Origin: Pyrinomonadaceae bacterium
GTDB lineage: Bacteria; Acidobacteriota; Blastocatellia; Pyrinomonadales; Pyrinomonadaceae
Assembly: GCA_013696465.1 (NCBI GenBank)
Contig: JACCYN010000379.1
Location: 1-55,342 of the forward strand
Direction: 5' to 3'
Length of the DNA: 55,342 nt
The notes under the pieces are model-generated. The model was not told where the DNA came from. It saw only the letters and a program-made list of their open reading frames with translations, and did not search any database. Each line of letters starts with the position of its first letter. The stretch's first letter is position 1. Positions 27,613-36,771 of the stretch are shown here, piece by piece. The position numbers were made by a program, and so were the translations under genes.

Positions 27613-27858
27613 CTACTGACGTTTTTCACCGTCGTCGTGTATAGCTTCTATAGGACAAACTCTCATCGCAGCAAGGCACTCTGCCTCCTCCTCAGGAGTA
27701 GTTGGTTGCTTGGCAACATACGCTCCGTAGGAGATTCTATCCATTCTGAAATTATTCGGCGCTTCATAAACACAAACTTCATGGTCGAGACATGTGTCAT
27801 GATTAACATAATATCTGCCAGCTACGTTGAGAGGATGTTTCCTGATCGTTTCACTCAT
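27613..27858 (-). CDS. small ferredoxin, CxxHxxC...CP type (probable 3Fe-4S)
   Basis: 81 aa. YYVNHDTCLDHEVCVYEAPNNF and MRVCPIEAI match the single-cluster ferredoxin pattern, with the middle Cys replaced by His. Confidence 0.7.
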   Translation of the reverse strand: MSETIRKHPLNVAGRYYVNHDTCLDHEVCVYEAPNNFRMDRISYGAYVAKQPTTPEEEAECLAAMRVCPIEAIHDDGEKRQ

Positions 27859-27898
27859 AACCTAGAAAGTTCATACTAAAAGTCTTATGATTTTGCCA

Positions 27899-29620
27899 CT
27901 AAATTTCAGCGCGCATATCTTGCACGATCAATTGTGCCCGCTCCTGTCCTTGCCACACATTCGTTTCGAGCGTGTAAGCCAATTCGATGCTCGCGCCTGC
28001 TGGCAAAGTTGCTGCGCCGTCGTGCTCGACGCCGCTCCACCAGAGGGCTTCGTGCGTGCGTCCGTGAGCGTCTTCAAGATGAAACTTTAGATGACGTTCT
28101 TTGAGCACGCGCGGCGGTCGGGTGAGGCGCAGGTTGGCGGTTGAAAAAATGGGACGCGGCCAGCCCGCTCCGAACGGCTCTAATTTACTTAACTCATTCG
28201 CAAATTCACAGGTTAAATTTTCGCTCGGTAGTTCGGCATCAATGTGGAGCGTCGGGGTGAAATCGTCGTCGCACAAAAGGCACGCCGCGTGTTCGTTGAG
28301 CCGACGGCGCAACTCCGGGATGTGTTCGCGGCGAATGACGAGTCCAGCGGCGTGTGCGTGTCCGCCGAAGCGTTCAAAGAGATCGGCACACGATGTAAGT
28401 CCGTCGAGCAGATGATATGAATCAATCGAGCGCGCCGAACCGTGTCCGGTGTCGCCTTCAAACGAGACGACGATGCACGGGCGGTGACGACGCTCGGCGA
28501 GCTTTGAAGCGGCAAGACCGATCACACCTCTATGCCAATCGTCGCCCGCCACGATATGCACGCGCTCGCTTTCTTCATCGCCCAGCTCCGCGAAGGCGCG
28601 CGCCACGATTGTGTCTTGCACAACGCGGCGTTCGCGGTTATGCCCGTCGAGGAGTTGTGCGAGTCGCCGCGCCTCCTCCTCATCTTTCGCTTCAAACAAT
28701 TCGATGACCGAGCGCGCCGCGTCCATGCGCCCGGCGGCGTTGATGCGCGGGCCGAGACGAAAGCCGAGATCGTAAGCGCGCACGCCCGCGCCGTTTCCGC
28801 AACCCGCCACATTCATCAGCGCGCGCAAGCCCGGATTCGTCGCCTGCGGAAGATCGTCTAAGCCGAGACGCACAATCGCGCGATTCTCACCCGTGAGCGG
28901 CGCGACATCGGCGACCGTGCCGATAGCGACAATCTTCAAAAACCCTTTCACGAGTGATTCGCGCCCGCGTTCGCGCAAAAGCGCGTGAACGAGTTTGTAA
29001 GCGACGCCGACGCCCGCGAGATTTTTGTCCGGGTAAGAACACCCCTTCTGATTCGGGTTGATCACGGCGACGGCCGCAGGCGCGCCCAACTCATCGTCGG
29101 GCAAGTGGTGATCGGTGACGATCACATCGAGATCGTTTTCCGTTGCCCACGCAAGCGCGTCGTGCGCGCGAATGCCGCAGTCAACGGTGACGATGAGCGA
29201 GTAACCTTCGCTCTTGGCTTTCTCCAGAGCCTCGCGGTGAACGCCGTAACCTTCCGTGAAGCGATGCGGGACGTGAAAGCCCGTCTGCTCTGCGCCGAGT
29301 AAATCTAAGGCGCGGCGCAACACGACCGTGCCCATCGTGCCGTCAACATCATAATCGCCATAGACAAGAACGCGCTCGCGGTCGTCAACAGCTTGCAGAA
29401 TACGTTTCACCGCTTCCGCCATTCCGAGCATCAAGCTTGGATCGTGTAAGTGTGCGATCCGGGGGTCAAGCGCGCGGCGCGCATCTTCTTCAGTCGTAAC
29501 GTCGCGCCCGATAAGTAATGCGGCGAGCGCGGGCGACACGCCGAGCGCACGAGACAATTCCCTTTCGCGCGTCTTGTCCGCCGCGCGCATGAGCCATTTC
29601 TTCCCTGTTATCGAACGCAT
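27899..29620 (-). CDS. recJ: single-stranded-DNA-specific exonuclease RecJ
   Basis: Contains the DHH motifs (VYGDYDVDG, VTVDCG, VIVTDHH) and the DHHA1 GGHAHAAG. ATG 29620 lies just after the PilZ stop; ATG 29638 is the alternative. Confidence 0.9.
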   Translation of the reverse strand: MRSITGKKWLMRAADKTRERELSRALGVSPALAALLIGRDVTTEEDARRALDPRIAHLHDPSLMLGMAEAVKRILQAVDDRERVLVYGDYDVDGTMGTVVLRRALDLLGAEQTGFHVPHRFTEGYGVHREALEKAKSEGYSLIVTVDCGIRAHDALAWATENDLDVIVTDHHLPDDELGAPAAVAVINPNQKGCSYPDKNLAGVGVAYKLVHALLRERGRESLVKGFLKIVAIGTVADVAPLTGENRAIVRLGLDDLPQATNPGLRALMNVAGCGNGAGVRAYDLGFRLGPRINAAGRMDAARSVIELFEAKDEEEARRLAQLLDGHNRERRVVQDTIVARAFAELGDEESERVHIVAGDDWHRGVIGLAASKLAERRHRPCIVVSFEGDTGHGSARSIDSYHLLDGLTSCADLFERFGGHAHAAGLVIRREHIPELRRRLNEHAACLLCDDDFTPTLHIDAELPSENLTCEFANELSKLEPFGAGWPRPIFSTANLRLTRPPRVLKERHLKFHLEDAHGRTHEALWWSGVEHDGAATLPAGASIELAYTLETNVWQGQERAQLIVQDMRAEI

Positions 29621-29622
29621 CT

Positions 29623-29952
29623 TCACTCGGCAAACCATCCGTTCGGGTCAAGCAGCTTGATGCCGACGCGCTGAAGTCCGTCCGCGTCGTCAACCCACAC
29701 GCCGTTGACCTCCGCCACGAGGCTCTGTCCGGCGGGCGGCGTGATGCGGATGCTCGTTCCGGCTGCAACATTGACATCTGAAATGACGGTTGCACCGGCG
29801 CGACTGATGCGCACGGCTTCGGCGCGCACGCGAAACGATTCTCCCGCCGTCGTCTTTCCCTCTAACTCGACCGCGAAACTAACAGGCACGCGCGGATTGC
29901 GCGGACGCTGCATGTGCGGCGTGCGTCCGCCTCCTTTTGTTTCATCACTCAT
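29623..29952 (-). CDS. PilZ-like domain protein (degenerate signature)
   Basis: 109 aa. The N-terminus has RPRNPRVPVSF, followed by a beta-barrel-like body with ISRAGATV, resembling the PilZ RxxxR / DxSxxG motifs imperfectly. Confidence 0.6.
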   Translation of the reverse strand: MSDETKGGGRTPHMQRPRNPRVPVSFAVELEGKTTAGESFRVRAEAVRISRAGATVISDVNVAAGTSIRITPPAGQSLVAEVNGVWVDDADGLQRVGIKLLDPNGWFAE

Positions 29953-30032
29953 AACGATTCATTATCCTCCGATCAAGCAAAAAGCTCGTCCGCGTGAGAG
30001 GAGGCGTAAGTTAAGTTTACCGGATGTTGGCT

Positions 30033-30156
30033 GAATAAGGAAAAAGTAAAAGGCAAAATGAGAACGAAACTTGCGCTTTGATTTGAGATCGAAGAATCTC
30101 AAATTTGAAGTTCATGCTTTAAGTTGTGTCCACACTTTTACCTTTTTACTTCATTC
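30033..30156. repeat. nested A/G-rich inverted repeat (uppP 3' spacer)
   Basis: The outer arms GAATAAGGAAAAAGTAAAAGG (30033..30053) and CTTTTACCTTTTTACTTCATTC (30135..30156) are imperfectly complementary. The inner hairpin ATTTGAGAT-cgaaga-ATCTCAAAT (30081..30104) is perfect. Confidence 0.5.
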
Positions 30157-31063
30157 ACGGGTTGATCACGTTTGCGAACAGTAAAGCGAGGATCGCCGTG
30201 CCGACGACAAGGCGATAGATGATAAAAACGCCGGTTGAATGTGTGCGCAGGAAGCGCAGCAGAAACCAGATCGAGGCGTAGCCGACGAATCCGGCGACGA
30301 TTGTTGCGACGAGGAGCGGCAGAAAACTTCCTGATGGAAGTTTCGTCACAGCTTCTCTCATCTCAAGCAAACCGCTCGCGGCAATAGCCGGGATCGAAAG
30401 AAGAAATGAGAAGCGCGCGGCCGTTTCGCGCGTTTCGCCTGCGAACAGCCCGCCCATAATGGTCGAACCCGAACGGCTTGCGCCGGGCATCAAAGCTAAA
30501 ACCTGCGCGAAGCCGACAGCGAGCGCGTCGCGCACGCCTAAGTGTGCCATCGTTCGCTCTTGCTTACCGACTTTCTCGGCGAAGGCGAGCAGCAACGCGA
30601 TAACGATCATCACGATGGCGATCACCCATAGATTTTTCGTCCCCGGCCCTTCAATCTGTTCCTTTAACGCTAAACCCACTGTGGCAATTGGCAGCGAGCC
30701 GATGATCACGAGCCAGCCGAGCTTTGCCTCTTGCGATAGATGAGTCGGAAACGAACCGCTCTGAGTCGCGTTATTACTTGTCGAATCTTTTCTTCCGATG
30801 CCTACCATTCGCAAATGATCGCGCAGGAAAGCGCGGGAGATCGCCCAGATGTCGCGGGCAAAATAGACGAAGACGGCGATGAGCGTGCCGAGTTGAATAA
30901 CAGCGATGGTCGCGGTCGTTTGTTCGGCGCGCAAAGTCTCTTCGACTCCGGCGTACAACTCTGTGAGGCGGCTGGCGAAAATTAAATGCGCAGTTGAGCT
31001 GATGGGGATAAATTCAGTGAGTCCTTGAACGATGCCGAGAATAATCGCTTGGAGAATAGTCAT
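30155..31063 (-). CDS. uppP: undecaprenyl-diphosphate phosphatase
   Basis: Contains ILGIVQGLTEFIPISSTAHL and PGASRSGSTI, the BacA/UppP signature motifs. It has an extra internal loop. Confidence 0.9.
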   Translation of the reverse strand: MTILQAIILGIVQGLTEFIPISSTAHLIFASRLTELYAGVEETLRAEQTTATIAVIQLGTLIAVFVYFARDIWAISRAFLRDHLRMVGIGRKDSTSNNATQSGSFPTHLSQEAKLGWLVIIGSLPIATVGLALKEQIEGPGTKNLWVIAIVMIVIALLLAFAEKVGKQERTMAHLGVRDALAVGFAQVLALMPGASRSGSTIMGGLFAGETRETAARFSFLLSIPAIAASGLLEMREAVTKLPSGSFLPLLVATIVAGFVGYASIWFLLRFLRTHSTGVFIIYRLVVGTAILALLFANVINP

Positions 31064-31168
31064 GCGTCGCTAATTTTATGTTCCTCTGAATTTGAAAACT
31101 TACGAACGTGAAATGTCATTTGCATCGCTCAACATCAAACGCGGAAAGCGATGTGAAAACGGATGTTC

Positions 31169-32830
31169 TTAAATTTGCACCACGACCGGCATGATTACGG
31201 GGCGCGCTCCCGTCTGTTTCTGAATAAATCTTTTAAGTTCAACGCGCACGCGCTCCTTCATAAGGCTTGCGTCGCGCCGCTCCGCGCTCGAAGCCGTCTC
31301 CACCGCTTCGGTCGCAATGCGCTGTAAGTCGCGCACGAAATCCGTCGAGCCGTTCGCTCCGAGCAATCCGTTGACGATGATTTCCGGCGAGTTTTCGAGC
31401 GCGCCCGTCTCTTCGCTGATCGTCACGACGGGAGTTACCACGCCGTCGTAAGCCAACTGTTTGCGTTGGCGGATGATCTCGGAATCAATCTCCTCGTAGC
31501 CCGATTCGTCAATAAAGGTTTGCCCGATCTCGTGTTTAGCGATCACCTGCGCGCGCTCGCCGTCAAGTTCAAGCACGTCGCCGTTTTCAATTAGGATCAC
31601 TTGATCTTCGCGGAAGCCGAGATGGTTTTTGACAAACTCTTTGTGGCGGTAGAGCATCCGGTATTCGCCGTGAATGGGGATCACGAAGTGCGGGCGCACG
31701 GCTTCGGTCATAATCCGTATGTCGTCTTGATAAGCGTGACCGGAGACGTGGACGAGCCGCCGGTTGGCGTCAATGATGTTGCCGCCCCGCTTGTAGATTT
31801 CGCCGACGAGACGCGAGATCGCGCGTTCGTTGCCGGGGATGATGCGCGCCGAGAGCACCACGGTGTCGCCGTCGCCGATCATCAATCCTTTGTATGCTCC
31901 GGTCGCCATCTGCGCGAGCACCGCGCGCGGTTCACCCTGCGAACCTGTGATGAGGAACACAACTTCATCGTCGTCCAAACGCCTTGCATCATTCAAGCTC
32001 ACGAATAAGTTGGACGGGATGTCGAGGTAGCCGAGGCGTTCAGCGATCTCGACGTTCTTCTGCATGGAGCGGCCGAGGACGCACACGCGGCGGTCGAATT
32101 GCTGCGCCACGTCGCACACAATCTGAATACGTTGAATCGAAGAAGCGAAACTTGCGACGATGATGCGCCCCCCGGACTGCGCGAATAACTCTTCAAAAGC
32201 GGGAGTGACGGCGCGCTCCGAAGGCGCGCGACCCGCGACGCTCGCGTTCGTCGAATCGGAAAGAAGAGCGAGCACGCCCTCCTGCCCGTAGCGGCGTAGG
32301 CTTCTGAGGTCAATCGGCTCGCCGATCACAGGAGTCTCGTCCGCTTTGTAATCGCCCGTGTGAATGATCGTCCCGGCGGGCGTCGTGATCGCAAGCGCGA
32401 AGCAATCAATGAGCGAGTGTGCGACGCTGATAAACTCTATCTGAAACGATCCGATTTCGATCATCTCGCGCGGCTCGACGCGATGCAGCAGCACGTCGCC
32501 GAGCAACTCGTGTTCTTCGAGTTTGCTTTCGGCGAGGGCGAGCGTGAAATGGGAAGCGTAGACGGGGAGGTTAAAGCGTTTAAGCAAATAGGGAAGCGCG
32601 CCGAGGTGGTCTTCGTGCCCGTGCGTAAGCACAATGGCGGTCAGCTCGTTGCGGTAGTCTTCTAAAAAATCGAAATTCGGGATTGATATGTCGGCGCCGT
32701 AGACGCTTTCCTCTGGAAAGCCCATCCCGGCATCAATGACGATCATTTCGTCCGCATAGCGCACAGCCATGCAGTTCATTCCAAACTCGCCGATGCCGCC
32801 GAGCGGAATGATCTCAAACGTCTTGCTCAC
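31169..32830 (-). CDS. rnj: ribonuclease J
   Basis: GTG start. Contains IIPLGGIGEFGMNC, the metallo-beta-lactamase motif THGHEDH, a beta-CASP region and a C-terminal domain. It is 553 aa. Confidence 0.9.
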   Translation of the reverse strand: MSKTFEIIPLGGIGEFGMNCMAVRYADEMIVIDAGMGFPEESVYGADISIPNFDFLEDYRNELTAIVLTHGHEDHLGALPYLLKRFNLPVYASHFTLALAESKLEEHELLGDVLLHRVEPREMIEIGSFQIEFISVAHSLIDCFALAITTPAGTIIHTGDYKADETPVIGEPIDLRSLRRYGQEGVLALLSDSTNASVAGRAPSERAVTPAFEELFAQSGGRIIVASFASSIQRIQIVCDVAQQFDRRVCVLGRSMQKNVEIAERLGYLDIPSNLFVSLNDARRLDDDEVVFLITGSQGEPRAVLAQMATGAYKGLMIGDGDTVVLSARIIPGNERAISRLVGEIYKRGGNIIDANRRLVHVSGHAYQDDIRIMTEAVRPHFVIPIHGEYRMLYRHKEFVKNHLGFREDQVILIENGDVLELDGERAQVIAKHEIGQTFIDESGYEEIDSEIIRQRKQLAYDGVVTPVVTISEETGALENSPEIIVNGLLGANGSTDFVRDLQRIATEAVETASSAERRDASLMKERVRVELKRFIQKQTGARPVIMPVVVQI

Positions 32831-32896
32831 TGTTCTTCTCTACTTCCTCGGAAACGCCCTGCGGATATACTTTCATCGAGCGGAATTAAGCCGCAC

Positions 32897-32905
32897 AGTA
32901 TAGCA
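32897..32905 (-). promoter_or_regulatory. possible extended -10 element (TGC-TATACT) upstream of rnj
   Basis: The minus strand reads TGCTATACT about 65 nt upstream of the rnj GTG. No clear -35 was found. This is speculative. Confidence 0.2.
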
Positions 32906-32977
32906 CAAAGCGTCAGCCTTCACCGCTCCGGCAATCGGCTCCAGCAACCTGTTTGCCACCAGCAAAGTCATGCGCCG

Positions 32978-33130
32978 TTAATTAAACGGGGCGCGCCACC
33001 AAGCTCTCGTGCCGCGTTCAGGATAAAGGCCAACCATCTGAGCAATCAGCAGGTAAGCTATTCCGACTAAGAAGAAAGCCGTCGCAGCCTTGAGGATCGT
33101 TCGCACGATTGTGTGGGAGGTTAAAGTCAC
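32978..33130 (-). CDS. possible 50-aa single-TM small protein (below ORF-track cutoff)
   Basis: The minus-strand GTG ORF reads VTLTSHTIVRTILKAATAFFLVGIAYLLIAQMVGLYPERGTRAWWRAPFN, with a hydrophobic core. It has no obvious RBS and lies 50 nt downstream of rsmA. Confidence 0.25.
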   Translation of the reverse strand: MTLTSHTIVRTILKAATAFFLVGIAYLLIAQMVGLYPERGTRAWWRAPFN

Positions 33131-33182
33131 TAAGAAGTTTGACGGCGGAGGTTTAAGAATTTAGCAGCGGCACGCTTTAACA

Positions 33183-34025
33183 TTAAAACGCTTGCGAGAG
33201 TCGCGCCCATTCGTCGAGCGTGAGGGTTTCGGCGCGGCGTTGCGGTTCGATTTCCGATTGACGAAGCACGCGCTCCGCTCCACCCGCCGCTTCGATGCGT
33301 GCACGTAAATCTGGCGGCGCACCGCGTCGAAGGTTATTGAAAACGGTTTTCCGGCGCTGCGCGAACCCCGCGCTTACCGTCCGCCACAGCAAACTTTCGT
33401 CCGCAACTTCCGCCGCGATTCGCGGGCGGATGCGCAGACGCACGATTGTCCCCCACACCTTCGGTCGGGGTCGGAACGCTTCAGGCTCAACGTCGAAGAG
33501 CGTTTCGGCTTCGCAGTAAGCCTCCACCAAAACCGAGAGAAAACCGCGCTCGCTCGAATTGGGCGGGGCGACGATTCTTTCCACCACTTCGCGCTGCAAC
33601 ATCAGTAACAGTTCGGTCAAACAAGCGCGTTGCGCGATCAGGCGTTGCAGGATCGCGGTCGAGATGTTGTAAGGAAGATTGGCGACGAGGCGCGCGCGTT
33701 CGGCTGGCTTGATCAACTCGCAGAAATCAATTTCGAGCGCGTCGGCTTCAACGATTCTTGTGTTGTCGCGCTCCGCAAATTTGTCCCGCAAGATCGGAAC
33801 AAGATCGCGGTCGAATTCAATGGCGAAAACTTGTCCGGCGCGCGCGGCGATGAGCGTTGTTAGCGCGCCCCGCCCCGCGCCGATCTCAATAATAGTTTCG
33901 TCTGCTCGCGGCGCAAGTTCGTTTACGATGCGTTGGACAACGCGGGAATCAACGAGAAAGTTTTGCCCGAAACTTTTTTTCGCGCGGTAATGGCTCGCGC
34001 CACGCTGTGAAGTTTGATCCCTCAC
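33183..34025 (-). CDS. rsmA: 16S rRNA (adenine1518/1519-N6)-dimethyltransferase
   Basis: Contains KKSFGQNFL, the SAM motif IEIGAGRGALT, and NLPYNIST. The GTG start overlaps the ribD stop. Confidence 0.9.
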   Translation of the reverse strand: MRDQTSQRGASHYRAKKSFGQNFLVDSRVVQRIVNELAPRADETIIEIGAGRGALTTLIAARAGQVFAIEFDRDLVPILRDKFAERDNTRIVEADALEIDFCELIKPAERARLVANLPYNISTAILQRLIAQRACLTELLLMLQREVVERIVAPPNSSERGFLSVLVEAYCEAETLFDVEPEAFRPRPKVWGTIVRLRIRPRIAAEVADESLLWRTVSAGFAQRRKTVFNNLRRGAPPDLRARIEAAGGAERVLRQSEIEPQRRAETLTLDEWARLSQAF

Positions 34026-35263
34026 TCTCGAACCACGCCATCAAACCACTGCGAAAGAGAGCGTCCTCGCCTCTGTTCGCCTTCCAGGTAGCCGCTGATC
34101 TCAACATCTTCCCCGTGCAGCGCGTGCGTCACATCCCGCAAACGCATTGCCCTCATGCTCGATGCGTTGATCGCCGTCGTCGTGTCCGCGCTGCCGATAA
34201 TTAAAGGCGCGATAAAGAAGCTAACTTTATCAATGAGTTTTTTGTTGAGAAACGCACCTGCAACCCTCGCTCCGCCTTCCACCAAAACGCTCTGCAACGA
34301 ACGGGCGTAAAGTTTTTGCAAAACGCCCGCGAGGTCTTTCGTCCCCCAAGGCAGCAACTCGACTTTGACGCCGCGCGAAGTCAACGCTTCAACTTGTCCA
34401 CTGTGACTCTGCGCTTCGTCGGCGAAAACCAGCAACGGATTATTGTCGCTCGCCGTTTTCACAAGTTGCGATTCAAGCGACAAACTTAATTTGCTATCGA
34501 GCACAACGCGCACGAGCGGACGGCGGCGCGTCCGGTTGCTCCGGTCTGTCAGCAACGGATCATCGGCGCGCACTGTGTTTGCGCCAATGAGAATCGCATC
34601 GTGCTCGTGACGCAGTTCGTGAACGCGCCCGCGCGCCCGCGTCCCCGTCAGCCAACGCGCTTCACCGCCACCCGCCAAGTTCATTTCGTCTTCTTCCTGT
34701 CTTCCGAAGTCAATGCGCCCGTCGAGCGAAGCGGCGAGTTTCAAATGCACGAACGGGCGACTCTTCAGCATCGCGCAGATGTATTTCTCGTTTTGCCGCG
34801 ACGCTTCACGCGCCAACAGCCCCACGCTCACCTCAACTCCTGCTTCAACAAGCTGGCGAAATCCTGAGCCGGAGACAAGCGGGTTCGGGTCTTCGATGGG
34901 CGCGACAACGCGACGCACTCCGGCGCGCATTAGCGCTTCGGTGCAGGGCGGCGTGCGCCCGTGATGTGCGTGCGGCTCAAGCGTAACGTAAGCGGTTGCG
35001 CCGCGTGCGCGCCCACCGGCTTCTTCGAGCGCGAGGATTTCGGCGTGGCTGACGCGTTCGTAAATGTAAAAACCTTCGCCTAAGATTTCGCCCTTATCGC
35101 TTGCGATCACGCAGCCGACGAGCGGGCTGGGACTGACTTGCCCCACGCCCCGCACGGCTAAATCGAGCGCGCGACGCATCATGCGCACATCAAATTCGAT
35201 GTGCGCGCCTTCGATTTTGTTTTCGCGCTCGACTTCTTGCGTGTTCAGTTTTCGCTCCTTCAC
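34022..35263 (-). CDS. ribD: bifunctional riboflavin biosynthesis deaminase/reductase
   Basis: It has the deaminase motifs HAEILAL and [13 protein letters not shown], and a C-terminal reductase domain ([10 protein letters not shown]). GTG 35263 overlaps the ftsY stop; ATG 35182 is the alternative. Confidence 0.9.
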   Translation of the reverse strand: MKERKLNTQEVERENKIEGAHIEFDVRMMRRALDLAVRGVGQVSPSPLVGCVIASDKGEILGEGFYIYERVSHAEILALEEAGGRARGATAYVTLEPHAHHGRTPPCTEALMRAGVRRVVAPIEDPNPLVSGSGFRQLVEAGVEVSVGLLAREASRQNEKYICAMLKSRPFVHLKLAASLDGRIDFGRQEEDEMNLAGGGEARWLTGTRARGRVHELRHEHDAILIGANTVRADDPLLTDRSNRTRRRPLVRVVLDSKLSLSLESQLVKTASDNNPLLVFADEAQSHSGQVEALTSRGVKVELLPWGTKDLAGVLQKLYARSLQSVLVEGGARVAGAFLNKKLIDKVSFFIAPLIIGSADTTTAINASSMRAMRLRDVTHALHGEDVEISGYLEGEQRRGRSLSQWFDGVVRE

Positions 35264-36636
35264 TCGAACAAGCTGTTGACGTATTGTTCAGCATCAAACA
35301 CCACGAGGTCGTCAACCTTTTCGCCGATTCCGGCGTAACGGATCGGGAGTCCGAGTTCTTTGGCAATGGCAACGGCGATGCCGCCCTTAGCCGTGCCGTC
35401 AAGCTTTGTCAGAACGATTCCGGTCACGCCCGCGACTTTCAAAAACTGCCTCGCCTGCTCCAAACCGTTCTGCCCCGTCACGGCATCAATCACCAGCAAC
35501 GTCTCGTGCGGCGCACTCTCGACTTCGCGTCCCGCGATGCGTTTCATCTTCTCAAGCTCGGCCATCAAGTTTGATTTGTTATGAAGGCGACCGGCCGTGT
35601 CAACGATCAGCACGTCGGACTCGCGCGCCTTCGCAGCCTTCAAGGCGTCGAAGAGAACGGCCGCCGGGTCTGTCCCCTGCTTCTGCTGGATGAGCGGAAC
35701 GCCGGTGCGCTCGGCCCAGATGGCGAGTTGATCGCTTGCTGCGGCGCGGAAGGTATCGGCGGCGCAGATCAAAACGTCGTTGCCTTCGGCCTTGATGCGC
35801 TGCGCGAGTTTGCCGATGGTCGTGGTTTTCCCGACGCCGTTGACACCGACGATCATCAGCACGTAAGGCGCGACGGACGCGCCCGTTTCCGTTTCCGACG
35901 CGATGCCGTTCCCCTCTGCTTGGCGGAAAATCTCCAACACCTGATTTTTGATCGAAGCTTTTAGCGCCTCGATGTCGTTAATCTCTTTGCGCGAAATTCC
36001 GCGCCGCACGTTTTCCAGAATCGCGAGCGTCGTCGGCACGCCGATGTCGGCGGCGATCAAAGCTTCTTCGAGGTCGTCGAGAAGTTCGGCGTCAATCTGC
36101 TTGCGGTTCTGGAAAACCGTGTCGATCTTCTCCGACAACGACTCGCGCGTGGCGGAGACGGCGCGGCGAAAACGCGCGGCGAACGCCGCCTCAAGCGCCG
36201 CTTCTTCCGCCTGCAACTCTTCAATCGAACGATTAAGTCCAAGGATCGAACTGTTGAATGGCGAGCGCGATGGAACGACGGGCGCAGGCGGGCGCGGCTT
36301 CGTTGTCTCCGGCGCAGATGCCGCCAGTGGCGCGACGGGCGGAGTCGCAACGTCGCGCTCCGGTGTGAACGCTTCCCCCGCCCTCGCTCTGTCGAGCGTT
36401 TGACTTTGCGGCAGTGAACTCGGCGCGGCTCCGGTCGGAGCGGGTTCGAGCGGCATTGGCGGGATGATTGTTTCCGGCGTTGTTTGCGCGGGCGATGCCG
36501 CACCCGCAGGCGGTTCGAGTCTTGTTTCCTGTCGCAGCGCGGTTTGCACTTCCGGCGCGACAGGTTTAGGCGCGGGCGGCTCGTTCAGGCCGAGCGTAAT
36601 AATGTCGTCTTTCTTTTTGCGTCTCCAAAAAGCCAT
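35260..36636 (-). CDS. ftsY: signal recognition particle receptor FtsY
   Basis: It has a Pro/Ala-rich N-terminal region and an NG domain with [21 protein letters not shown] and [10 protein letters not shown]. Confidence 0.9.
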   Translation of the reverse strand: MAFWRRKKKDDIITLGLNEPPAPKPVAPEVQTALRQETRLEPPAGAASPAQTTPETIIPPMPLEPAPTGAAPSSLPQSQTLDRARAGEAFTPERDVATPPVAPLAASAPETTKPRPPAPVVPSRSPFNSSILGLNRSIEELQAEEAALEAAFAARFRRAVSATRESLSEKIDTVFQNRKQIDAELLDDLEEALIAADIGVPTTLAILENVRRGISRKEINDIEALKASIKNQVLEIFRQAEGNGIASETETGASVAPYVLMIVGVNGVGKTTTIGKLAQRIKAEGNDVLICAADTFRAAASDQLAIWAERTGVPLIQQKQGTDPAAVLFDALKAAKARESDVLIVDTAGRLHNKSNLMAELEKMKRIAGREVESAPHETLLVIDAVTGQNGLEQARQFLKVAGVTGIVLTKLDGTAKGGIAVAIAKELGLPIRYAGIGEKVDDLVVFDAEQYVNSLFE

Positions 36637-36716
36637 GAAGTGATGATTACCTTAAATTTACAATTTATGCGGTGGAAGATTATAAACGCAATCGGCGCTT
36701 ATGGACAAAAGCAGCA

Positions 36717-36752
36717 AAGCCGCCGCGTTCGTGTGTACGAACGCGGCGGCTT
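36717..36752 (-). terminator. rho-independent terminator after the HD-GYP gene
   Basis: A 16-bp perfect stem (AAGCCGCCGCGTTCGT / ACGAACGCGGCGGCTT) with a 4-nt loop. On the minus strand it is followed by TGCTGCTTTTG. Confidence 0.7.
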
Positions 36753-36771
36753 ATCAGCAAGGGCGGAAAAC

